Under the pieces are notes generated by a model. The model made no database searches. It was not told the DNA's origin and was given only the letters and a program-made list of their open reading frames with translations. A DNA stretch of 64,000 nt from Bacteroidota bacterium (GTDB lineage: Bacteria > Bacteroidota > Rhodothermia > JANXDC01). This document shows, in pieces, positions 56,421 to 64,000 of this stretch; position 1 is the stretch's first letter; each line of letters starts with the position of its first letter. Location: positions 184,053-248,052 of the forward strand of contig JANXDC010000015.1 in the NCBI GenBank assembly GCA_025059945.1, in the 5' to 3' direction. The position numbers and the translations under genes are program-made.

Positions 56421-59069
56421 ATGTGGAGGACGGTACAACCATGGCGTGGGCCCGCTTGGGGAGTCGTTGCATTTCTGCTGAGCGCCTCCTGGGCGCAAGC
56501 GCAGCAAGGTTGGGGTCATCTGTTGAGCCCGGAGTCTTCGTTTAATCTGCTCTCCAATGGCGGATTTGAGCTCGCCCGCCCCGCCTATTGGGAGCCCTCC
56601 GGGGCAGGGGCCACGTGGACGAGCGAGCGAGCCCGAACGCCGAACTATAGCCTCAAGCTCTCCGGCTCCGGGGCCGCCAGCTGGACGCAGCGGGAGGCCA
56701 TCCGGAACTGGACCCCTCGGTTCCCGGGCAACGCCGAGCTCGTGGTGGGCGGTTGGGTCTGGATGGAGAACGTCAATACGAACCCCACCACGGATGCGGG
56801 CAAGTTCCAGCTCGTCTTTGAGTTTTTTGACCGCCAGGGCCGAAACCTGCTCGGCGGCCCGTTGGTGATCGACTTGCCTCAACAGCAGCCCTCTACGGGC
56901 CGGTGGGTGCAAGTGAGCAACGAATCCATCGGGCCCCTGATTCTGCCGGGCGACGCTACGAGCGCCCGCATCACCTTCCGAAAGGGCGCTAGCGCTGTCG
57001 GGACCGCCTACCTGGATGACGTCTTCATCCGGGCCAGGGCCCAGAACGTCTGGCCGGGGGATATCTTCAACGCCAACATGGACGTGCCCGAGGGCTGGTA
57101 TTACTGGTGGAACAACTTCAGCGCGGGGCAATCCGACTGGCCGCAAAATCAGCCCTTCGTGGTGACCGCCACCACAGCAGGCATGCGCCGCGGATCGAGG
57201 GCTTTGCAGATGATCAAGCAGGATCAACCCGGGCAGACCGAGGCCGTGGCCATCTCGCAGCGAATGCCCGTCACGGTCGGAGAACCCTACTTGGTGAGCT
57301 TCTGGATGCGCTACGAGAACGTGGCCAACCCAGACCGGATCGGCACGCAAAACCACAACGTGGGTCTGACCGTCTTGTGGTACAACAACCTGCAGGGCGG
57401 CGCCGCCGGATGGGGCGAGATCGGTGGACTGGACATTCGGCTCAACGGCGACTACAACCCCATGGTCATCCCCTTGGCGCCCCGGCAGGCCTCGGCGGGA
57501 TGGACGCAATACGCCTTCGTCGTCTATCCTCGGGAGGGCGCCGTGGGCATGGAGATCCGCCTGCGCCAATGGCACGATTTCAAGGGAACCACGTACTGGG
57601 ACGACGTGGTGGTGGCCAAGGTCTCCGATGTCGTTGCGGCCCTACCCAATCTGCTCTCCAACGGCGGATTTGAGATCTTCCGTCCCGCTTACTGGGAGCC
57701 TTCTGGGGCCGGGGCCACCTGGACAAGCGAGCGCTACCGCACCCCGAACTATAGCCTCAAGCTCTCCGGCTCCGGGGCCGCCAGCTGGACGCAGCGGGAG
57801 GCCGTACGCAACTGGGTGGAGGGCATCCCCGGCTGGCGCAACCCGGAGATCGAGGTGGGCGGCTGGGTCTGGACGGAGAACGTCAATACGAACCCCACCA
57901 CGGATGCGGGCAAGTTCCAGCTCGTCTTTGAGTTTTTCGACGCTCAGGGGCGCGATGTGCTGGGTGGACCCGTGATTTTGGATGTTCCGCAGGCTCAGGC
58001 TTCCACCGGGGGGTGGGTGGAGATCTCCAGCCGCAGGCTCGGCCCGATCATATTCCCCGGCGAGAAGGCCGCGCGCAGAGCCCGCATCACGTTCCGTAAA
58101 GGGGCTAATGCGACCGGTACGGTCTATTTGGACGACGTTTTCATTCGTAAGGTCAACCCAAGCGTAGAAGGATGGCCCGGGGACTTTTTCAACGCCAACA
58201 TGGACGTGCCCGAGGGCTGGTACTACTGGTGGCTGGATTTCCCCTTGGGCAAGTCCGATTGGCCACAGAATCAGCCCTTCGTGGTGACCTTGAATGAGGC
58301 CGTAAAGTTTCAAGGTTCTTATAGCGTGCGCATGACCAAACGCGATCGGCCGGGTGCCTCCGAAGCTGTCGTGATCAGCCAGCGCGTGCCCATCACGCCC
58401 GGTCAACCCGTGTTGGTCAGCTACCGGTTGCGCCACGATGGGGTGCTCAACCCGGACTCGATCGGGCTCGGCAACTACAACGTGGGGCTGACCGCGCTCT
58501 GGTACACGAACCTGCAGGGCGGGGCCGCCGGATGGGGTGAGCGCGGCGGGGTAGACGTTCGGCTCAACGGCGACTACAACCCTATGGTCATCCCCCTGGC
58601 GCCCCGGCAGGCCTCAGCGGATTGGCGACATTACGCGATCGTCTTCTATCCGCCCGCGGATCCCCAGATCGTGGGCATGGAGCTGCGGCTTCGCCAATGG
58701 CACAACTTCTCCGGGACCACGTACTGGGATAACGTGGCGATCGTCCCCCTAGGTGGCGACCGGCTCTTTGTGTCCAACCAAGATCCGGTTCAGCTGGAGG
58801 TTCCGGAGCACCTGTACCTGCACCCGAATTACCCGAACCCGTTCCGGTTGGAGACGACGATCCGTTTCGAGCTGCCGCGCTCGGAATACGTGCGCCTGGA
58901 GGTTTACAACCTGCTCGGCCAGCGCGTGGCCGTACTCGTGGAAGGCCCCATGCCGACGGGTCGCCATGAGGTGCGTTTCCATGCCGGGGCGCTGCCAAGC
59001 GGCGTCTACCTGTACCGGCTGGAGGCTGGAGACCGGGTGGAGGTGCGCAAGATGACCCTCCTCAAATAA
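56421..59069 (+). CDS. secreted protein with two tandem about 368-aa units of CBM-like (CBM4/9/22-type, NGGFE) beta-sandwich domains and a T9SS C-terminal sorting domain
   Basis: RBS GGAGGAGG 7 nt upstream of the ATG. Signal peptide. Repeated NGGFE...YWEPSGAGATW motifs typical of carbohydrate-binding modules. C-terminal YPNPF...GVYLYRLEAGDRVEVRKMTLLK matches the T9SS type-A CTD. Confidence 0.65.
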   Translation: MWRTVQPWRGPAWGVVAFLLSASWAQAQQGWGHLLSPESSFNLLSNGGFELARPAYWEPSGAGATWTSERARTPNYSLKLSGSGAASWTQREAIRNWTPRFPGNAELVVGGWVWMENVNTNPTTDAGKFQLVFEFFDRQGRNLLGGPLVIDLPQQQPSTGRWVQVSNESIGPLILPGDATSARITFRKGASAVGTAYLDDVFIRARAQNVWPGDIFNANMDVPEGWYYWWNNFSAGQSDWPQNQPFVVTATTAGMRRGSRALQMIKQDQPGQTEAVAISQRMPVTVGEPYLVSFWMRYENVANPDRIGTQNHNVGLTVLWYNNLQGGAAGWGEIGGLDIRLNGDYNPMVIPLAPRQASAGWTQYAFVVYPREGAVGMEIRLRQWHDFKGTTYWDDVVVAKVSDVVAALPNLLSNGGFEIFRPAYWEPSGAGATWTSERYRTPNYSLKLSGSGAASWTQREAVRNWVEGIPGWRNPEIEVGGWVWTENVNTNPTTDAGKFQLVFEFFDAQGRDVLGGPVILDVPQAQASTGGWVEISSRRLGPIIFPGEKAARRARITFRKGANATGTVYLDDVFIRKVNPSVEGWPGDFFNANMDVPEGWYYWWLDFPLGKSDWPQNQPFVVTLNEAVKFQGSYSVRMTKRDRPGASEAVVISQRVPITPGQPVLVSYRLRHDGVLNPDSIGLGNYNVGLTALWYTNLQGGAAGWGERGGVDVRLNGDYNPMVIPLAPRQASADWRHYAIVFYPPADPQIVGMELRLRQWHNFSGTTYWDNVAIVPLGGDRLFVSNQDPVQLEVPEHLYLHPNYPNPFRLETTIRFELPRSEYVRLEVYNLLGQRVAVLVEGPMPTGRHEVRFHAGALPSGVYLYRLEAGDRVEVRKMTLLK
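56547..58754 (+). repeat. intragenic in-frame tandem duplication, 2 x 1,104 bp (368 codons)
   Basis: Near-identical nucleotide blocks (e.g. GAACTATAGCCTCAAGCTCTCCGGCTCCGGGGCCGCCAGCTGGACGCAGCGGGAGGCC at 56642 and 57746; GAGAACGTCAATACGAACCCCACCACGGATGCGGGCAAGTTCCAGCTCGTCTTTGAGTTTTT in both copies) are interspersed with diverged segments. Confidence 0.8.
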
Positions 59070-59131
59070 ATCCCCGTGGGCCGAGGTCCCTGACCGGCCT
59101 CGGCCCCTTCAAAAAGGCCGGCCTATAAGGG

Positions 59132-61792
59132 ATGCGTCGGAGTATGCGGGCGCTCGGATGGCTTGCTCTTGGCGGACTGCTTGCTTCGCCTGCCTGGGCG
59201 GGCACAACAGGCAAGATCGCCGGTCGCGTTACGGATGCGCGCACGGGCGAACCTCTGCCCGGGGTCAACGTGGTCATCGTGGGCACGCTGCAGGGCGCAG
59301 CTACGGACGCGGAGGGCTACTATACGATTCTAAACGTCAAGCCCGGCACCTACGCGGTGCGGGCCTCCTTTGTGGGTTATGCTCCGCAGACCGTCGAGAA
59401 CGTGCGGGTGCAGATCGACAAGACCACGATCGTGAACTTCGCTCTTCGTGAGGAGGCCGTGCAGACGCAAGAGGTCGTCATCACGGCCCAGCGACCCCTT
59501 GTGCAGCGGGATCTCACGGCCACGGCCACAGCCGTATCGGCTCAGGAGCTAGCCGTTTTGCCCGTGGAGAACTTTCAAGACGTGATCAACTTGCAGGCGG
59601 GCGTCGTAGAGGGCCGCTTCCGGGGGGGAAGGTTGGGGGAGGTGGCCTACATGGTCGACGGGATCCCAATCAACGATGTCTTTTCACGCAGTTTCGCCTT
59701 TCAGGTACAGAACAACGCCATTCAGGAGCTTGAGATCATCTCCGGCACCTTCAACGCCGAATACGGGCAGGCCATGTCGGGCGTGGTCAATATCGTCACC
59801 CGGGATGGAGGGGACCGATACGCGGGATCGGCAAGCGTCTACGTCGGTTCCTACGTAAGCCGGGAAGGGCAGCTTTTCCCACATCTTACTCCCATCCGGC
59901 CCAACCGAGCCCGAGAGTGGCAGGGGCTCTTTAGCGGCCCTGTTCCGGTCTTGGGCCGGCGTGCCGCGTTTTTCCTCTCCGGCCGTTACGCCTACAACGA
60001 GGGGCATTTGTTTGGGCGCCGCATCGTGCGGCCCGTAAGCTGGCGAGAAGGCGAAGGTACCTGGGTCGACGTGCAGGGCCGACGGGTTTTCGTGCCCGCT
60101 CTGGGCGATAGCGCCTGGGTTCCGATGAACTGGAGCGAACAGCTCACCTGGCAGGGCAAGCTCACGATCCGGCCTTGGGGCGGAAACCGGCTTTCGGTAA
60201 GTGGGCTTTGGCAACAAGACCGGGGCAAAGCCTACGATCACCTGTTCCGCTACAACCCCGACGGCTTGCCTACCCGCTACAGCACCGCCTGGTCGGCTAC
60301 GGCCACGTATACACACGTCTTTAGCCCGCGCGCCTTCGCCGAGCTTAAAGGGGCTCGCTTTCGCAACGAGCTCCGCTCCTACGTCTACGAAGACCCCTTA
60401 GATCCCCGCTACCCGCGGGATGACGCCCTGCGCCTGCTGGGCGGCAACTTCTCGTTTTACCGGGGCGGGGCGCGCATGCAGCATTTTCACCGCTACACGC
60501 AAACGTGGGTGCTGCGCGCCGACTTTACCGGTCAGCTTACGCGGCAGCATCAACTCAAGACGGGGCTTGAGTTTCGGGCTCATGAGCTTTACGTGCGGGA
60601 TTTCGAGGTCAAAAACAACCCCTCGACCGGCTTTAGGCCGGCCATTCCGCCCGTAAACACCCCGGATCACGTCCAGTATCGGCGCCGGCCCATCGAGTTT
60701 AGCGCCTACCTGCAGGACAAAATGGAGTTCGACTACTTGGTCGTCAACGCGGGCCTGCGCTTCGACTACTTCAACGCCCGAGGAGAGGTGCTGGAGGATT
60801 TCGGCCGGCCTCGGACTTCTCCTCGTCGGCCCTCTCGACCGAAATGGCAGCTTTCGCCCCGGCTGGGGCTGGCTTATCCCCTCTCGGAAGCCGGTGTGGT
60901 GCACCTGTCCTACGGGCACTTCTTCCAGATGCCCGCTTTCGAGTACCTCTATACGAACCCCGACTACATCTACGACCCCGAACGGGGGCTAAGTCGGGCC
61001 TTCGGATACGCCGATCTGGCCCCAGAGCAGACCGTGGCCTACGAGATCGGGCTGCAACAGGCCATAACCCCCGCGATCGGGCTCACCCTTACGGTGTACT
61101 ACAAGGACATCCGCAACCTGCTCGGCACCCGGCTAGAGGAGATCTCCCCCGGCTACGATGAGCCCTTTCCGTTATCCCGCTACGGCCGGTTTGTGAACCG
61201 GGACTACGGACAGGTCAAGGGCTTTTTGGCCTCTTTTGAGCGGCGTCACCTGGACGGCTGGGGGCTGAGCGTCGATTACACCTTCCAGATCGCCCGCGGC
61301 AACGCCAGCGATCCGCGTTCGGTGCTGATCAGCGAACAGGAGGGTGTAGAGCCGGAAAAGCAGCTTGTGCCCCTTGATTGGGACCGGCGCCATCAGCTGA
61401 ACCTGAGCCTGAGCTTAGGCAGACCGGATCGTTGGACCGTCACCCTGGTGGGCCGGTTGGGATCAGGTCTTCCGTACACCCCCTCGATCGCCGACGAACG
61501 CATCGCCGTTGAGAACTCAGCCCGTCGGCCCGGCACAAGCCAATTCGATCTGTTCGCGGCGCGCTACTTTCGAGCCGGCCCCTTTCAGTGGGGCGTCTTT
61601 GCGCGGATCTACAACCTATTCGACACCCGAAACGAAATCGGGGTCTACACGGACACAGGGCGGGCCTTTCCGAATCTGCGCTACTATTCCGGTGAGCCGC
61701 AGGGGCTGAATACCAAGGAGGAATTTCTGCGCAGGCCCGATTTTTACTCCCCGCCGCGGCTTGTGCAACTGGGTCTGCGGGTGGACTTTTAG
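59132..61792 (+). CDS. TonB-dependent outer-membrane receptor with N-terminal carboxypeptidase-regulatory-like domain
   Basis: Signal peptide, then a CarbopepD_reg-like domain (GKIAGRVTDARTGEPLPGVNVVIVGT...YTI), plug domain and a 22-strand barrel. C-terminal ...LGLRVDF. An alternative start is ATG 59144. Confidence 0.8.
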   Translation: MRRSMRALGWLALGGLLASPAWAGTTGKIAGRVTDARTGEPLPGVNVVIVGTLQGAATDAEGYYTILNVKPGTYAVRASFVGYAPQTVENVRVQIDKTTIVNFALREEAVQTQEVVITAQRPLVQRDLTATATAVSAQELAVLPVENFQDVINLQAGVVEGRFRGGRLGEVAYMVDGIPINDVFSRSFAFQVQNNAIQELEIISGTFNAEYGQAMSGVVNIVTRDGGDRYAGSASVYVGSYVSREGQLFPHLTPIRPNRAREWQGLFSGPVPVLGRRAAFFLSGRYAYNEGHLFGRRIVRPVSWREGEGTWVDVQGRRVFVPALGDSAWVPMNWSEQLTWQGKLTIRPWGGNRLSVSGLWQQDRGKAYDHLFRYNPDGLPTRYSTAWSATATYTHVFSPRAFAELKGARFRNELRSYVYEDPLDPRYPRDDALRLLGGNFSFYRGGARMQHFHRYTQTWVLRADFTGQLTRQHQLKTGLEFRAHELYVRDFEVKNNPSTGFRPAIPPVNTPDHVQYRRRPIEFSAYLQDKMEFDYLVVNAGLRFDYFNARGEVLEDFGRPRTSPRRPSRPKWQLSPRLGLAYPLSEAGVVHLSYGHFFQMPAFEYLYTNPDYIYDPERGLSRAFGYADLAPEQTVAYEIGLQQAITPAIGLTLTVYYKDIRNLLGTRLEEISPGYDEPFPLSRYGRFVNRDYGQVKGFLASFERRHLDGWGLSVDYTFQIARGNASDPRSVLISEQEGVEPEKQLVPLDWDRRHQLNLSLSLGRPDRWTVTLVGRLGSGLPYTPSIADERIAVENSARRPGTSQFDLFAARYFRAGPFQWGVFARIYNLFDTRNEIGVYTDTGRAFPNLRYYSGEPQGLNTKEEFLRRPDFYSPPRLVQLGLRVDF

Positions 61793-61811
61793 CGCAAGGA
61801 CCGGTGTCGCT

Positions 61812-63548
61812 ATGCGGCGTTGCTTGTGTCTACTTGGTCTGCTCCTAGTCGGCCTGCCGCTACGGGGCCAGGACCGGACCCCCCTGGCCTGGGTGGGATC
61901 TGAGGCGATCGATCGGCAGACGTTTTGGGAGCGCTACGAACAGAGCCTATGGATCGGCCGGGAGCGAGGCCGCCTGCAAGACGTCCCCAAGCATGGCTTT
62001 CTGTTGGCCCTGATCGCCGAGCGGCTGTTGGCCCAAGAAGGGGCTCAGATGAAGCTGGATCAGGCCCCTCCTGTGCGGACTTTGCTCGATGAGATCGAGC
62101 GCATGCTGCTTTTGGACGCGCTTTATCGTGTTGAGATCGGAGAGCCGGTCCAAGTGGCGGCTCGCGAGATAGAGGAAGCGGCTTGGCGGCGGCTACAGCC
62201 GGTTCACTTCGCCTATGTTGTCCTGGCTAGCTCCGAGCAGGCGGAGGCCGCTCGCGCGAGCTTGCTTCGGGCTTCGGATCCTATAGCGGCCTTCGACTCC
62301 CTGCAGCGCGCGCTCGGTCAAGAGGGGCAGCGGCGGATCGGGCGCTGGGGCGACTTCTATGAGCCTATAGAGCGCCAGCTGTACGAGGAGCTCAAGCCCT
62401 CCGAAGTGGGCCGTCCCATCGAGGTAGAAGGGCGTTTTTACCTGCTACAGCTTCGCGAGCGCCAGCGGCGCCCGTTTGTCCTGCCCGCGGATCTTGAACA
62501 AGCGCGCTACGAGACAGCCCGCATCCTGCGCATGCGGCGGGAGCGGGATCGGTTTTACGCGTTTTTATCGGCCTTCGGACAGGGCAAAACGGCCCAGGTC
62601 TCGCAGGAGCTGTTCGAACGCCTCTGTAGGGCGATCACCGAGCGGCTTGCGATCCGGGCGGAAAAGGCCCCTCCGGGACGGCCGTTGCGGCGTTTGGCCG
62701 CCGATTGGGCCGCGCTGCGCGCGGCTCTGCAGGACGCGCTTCCGGAGCCCTTCATCGAGGCCCCGAGCTGGAGGCGCTCTTTGGGCTACGTGCTGGACCG
62801 GCTTGCGCACCGGTCCTTTGCGGTTGTGCGGCTTGGTCCAACCGTCGCCCACCGGCTTCGGGGGGTTCTTTGGGAGCTGATCGCGGAGGAATTCCTGCTT
62901 GAAGAGGTCCGAGCGCGAGGCCTGGAGCAGCGGCCGGAGCTTAGGCGAGATCTGGAGCTGTGGCGCACCGCTTACCTAGCCTGGCGCCGGCAGCGGCTGT
63001 TTGCGGATTCCCTGCGGCAAGCCTGGTCGGATCTGGCCTACGGGGTCCGTCTTGTCCGCTGGGAGGCCGCATCCGAGCAAGCGGCCCGGTCCCTGCGTTC
63101 GGAGCTGGAACGGGGCCTCATCGTGCCGGCCGATACCACGGAGGAGCTGGCTCCGCTTCTTGCGGAACCCCTGCGGGCGCTCGTTGTGAGCTCGGAAATC
63201 GAGCAGATTCTGGGTCCGTTTCCGGAGCGGGGCCAGTGGGCGTTTTATCGCGTGTTGGCGCGTCGCAAGCTTAAGCCGGAAGAGCTTGAAAAGGCCGTGG
63301 AGCGAGCTCTGCAGGCGCATATCGCGCATCTGGCTCGACAAGCCGGGGTGCGCATCGATCTGCGGGCCCTAGAGGAGACCCCTGTCAGGACCGCCCACAA
63401 CTTGCTCGCTGTGCGCCTGCTGGGCTTTGGGTTTCGCCTTCTGAGCGCTCCGCCGGTGTATCCGCTTCTGGAGTGGTACGACCTCATGGACCGCGCTCGC
63501 CTGTACGCGGCGCGTCTTCTACCCGCTGCACAGGAGGAGGAGCAATGA
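61812..63548 (+). CDS. hypothetical periplasmic protein (possibly SurA-N-like chaperone fold)
   Basis: Start ATG 61812 (MRRCLCLLGLLLVGLPLRGQ, a signal peptide). Alpha-helical, Arg/Glu/Leu-rich, with no catalytic motif recognised. Confidence 0.4.
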   Translation: MRRCLCLLGLLLVGLPLRGQDRTPLAWVGSEAIDRQTFWERYEQSLWIGRERGRLQDVPKHGFLLALIAERLLAQEGAQMKLDQAPPVRTLLDEIERMLLLDALYRVEIGEPVQVAAREIEEAAWRRLQPVHFAYVVLASSEQAEAARASLLRASDPIAAFDSLQRALGQEGQRRIGRWGDFYEPIERQLYEELKPSEVGRPIEVEGRFYLLQLRERQRRPFVLPADLEQARYETARILRMRRERDRFYAFLSAFGQGKTAQVSQELFERLCRAITERLAIRAEKAPPGRPLRRLAADWAALRAALQDALPEPFIEAPSWRRSLGYVLDRLAHRSFAVVRLGPTVAHRLRGVLWELIAEEFLLEEVRARGLEQRPELRRDLELWRTAYLAWRRQRLFADSLRQAWSDLAYGVRLVRWEAASEQAARSLRSELERGLIVPADTTEELAPLLAEPLRALVVSSEIEQILGPFPERGQWAFYRVLARRKLKPEELEKAVERALQAHIAHLARQAGVRIDLRALEETPVRTAHNLLAVRLLGFGFRLLSAPPVYPLLEWYDLMDRARLYAARLLPAAQEEEQ

Positions 63549-64000
63549 GGCGCCCGGGTCTTCTGGGGCTGGCTCTTTTGGCGGGTTGGCTTTCCCTTGG
63601 CGTTCCCCCCGCGTGGGGGCAACGCAAACCCGATCCCAACAAGGGCGACAACAAGTGGACGCAGTGGGGGGTTCTGGACGGCAACCGGGTCCGTACGCTC
63701 TTCGCCAATCACGGCGAGGTGGCGCGTTGGCCCGATCAACCCTCCGGGGAATGGCCCAAGGGCAGCGGCCGGTCCTACGTAGACGGGGTGGCTGTGGTCG
63801 TCTCCGCCCGCACGCGCGACAGCCGGGGGCAGTGGATTTATCCCATGAGCACGAACTATCGGGAGTTCATCGACCGGGACCCCATCACGAAGGTGCCCTG
63901 GGGGTGGGCCCCACTGCCGGGTTATGCGAATCCGCGTCAGCCCTCCCCCGCCCGGTCTGATGATCCCGGCACCTGGCCCCCGTTTTGGCCGGATCGGCCT
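63545..64000 (+). CDS. hypothetical secreted protein (3' truncated by window end)
   Basis: ATG 63545 forms an ATGA overlap with the upstream stop. Signal peptide MRRPGLLGLALLAGWLSLGVPPAWGQ. Frame is open to the window end (152 codons) with coding-like GC3. Not in the ORF track because no stop is present. Confidence 0.4.
   Translation, partial: MRRPGLLGLALLAGWLSLGVPPAWGQRKPDPNKGDNKWTQWGVLDGNRVRTLFANHGEVARWPDQPSGEWPKGSGRSYVDGVAVVVSARTRDSRGQWIYPMSTNYREFIDRDPITKVPWGWAPLPGYANPRQPSPARSDDPGTWPPFWPDRP

Noticed and set aside
59078-59106. GC-rich inverted repeat GGGCCGAGG-N11-CCTCGGCCC after the CBM gene, as a canonical terminator
   Set aside because: It is followed by CTTCAAAAAGG, not a U-tract. It may still be an attenuating stem-loop, so it is mentioned only within the regulon finding.

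Overview
High-GC (~67%) bacterial chromosomal segment; almost all long alternative-frame ORFs in the track are GC-driven shadow ORFs. Type-IX-secretion C-terminal sorting domains and Arg/Leu/Glu-rich proteins suggest a Rhodothermaeota/Bacteroidota-lineage thermophile (inference). The window is densely coding: about 60 genes, 3 tRNAs, and no transposase, integrase, prophage or CRISPR content.

Main modules:
(1) 3..2480: Omp85/BamA-family barrel C-terminus, a translationally overlapping PQQ beta-propeller lipoprotein (BamB-like), and a small membrane protein.
(2) 2530..7228: oxidoreductase, CCA tRNA nucleotidyltransferase, deoxynucleoside kinase and a Trp/Arg-rich putative outer-membrane barrel, tightly coupled.
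(3) 7225..13387: two giant tandem PAS-rich hybrid histidine kinases.
(4) tRNA-Arg(ACG) with promoter and terminator.
(5) 13617..20482: a complete trans-4-hydroxy-L-proline catabolic operon (epimerase, three-subunit D-hydroxyproline dehydrogenase, DapA-family deaminase, KGSA dehydrogenase) with a divergent PAS-AraC regulator, plus L-2-hydroxyglutarate oxidase.
(6) 44312..22273: a roughly 22-kb minus-strand collinear run. It comprises pyrC, gcvT, tatD, sdaAB, tRNA-Ser(GGA), a futalosine-pathway menaquinone cluster (UbiD, UbiX, two MqnC/E radical-SAM paralogs, MqnA, an embedded histidine phosphatase and a membrane protein), dksA, tgt, ptsN, hisS, lgt, rlmB, uvrA, mntH and gltX.
(7) A T9SS cargo locus: lipoprotein, BNR-repeat CTD protein and an outer-membrane barrel.
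(8) tRNA-Leu(TAA), an ECF sigma factor without an adjacent anti-sigma gene, and an unusual ~490-bp low-GC noncoding island.
(9) SpoIID/LytB-domain protein and clpB with terminator.
(10) A LacI-regulated locus (Gfo/Idh/MocA oxidoreductase, lacI, a T9SS-secreted protein with a 1,104-bp intragenic tandem duplication of CBM-like domains, TonB-dependent receptor) marked by AAAACGTTTT operator palindromes.

No single obviously new defence or toxin system was identified. The most unexplained or novel-looking pieces are the low-GC noncoding island, the duplicated T9SS CBM protein within its LacI regulon, the unassigned genes inside the mqn operon, and the orphan twin hybrid histidine kinases.
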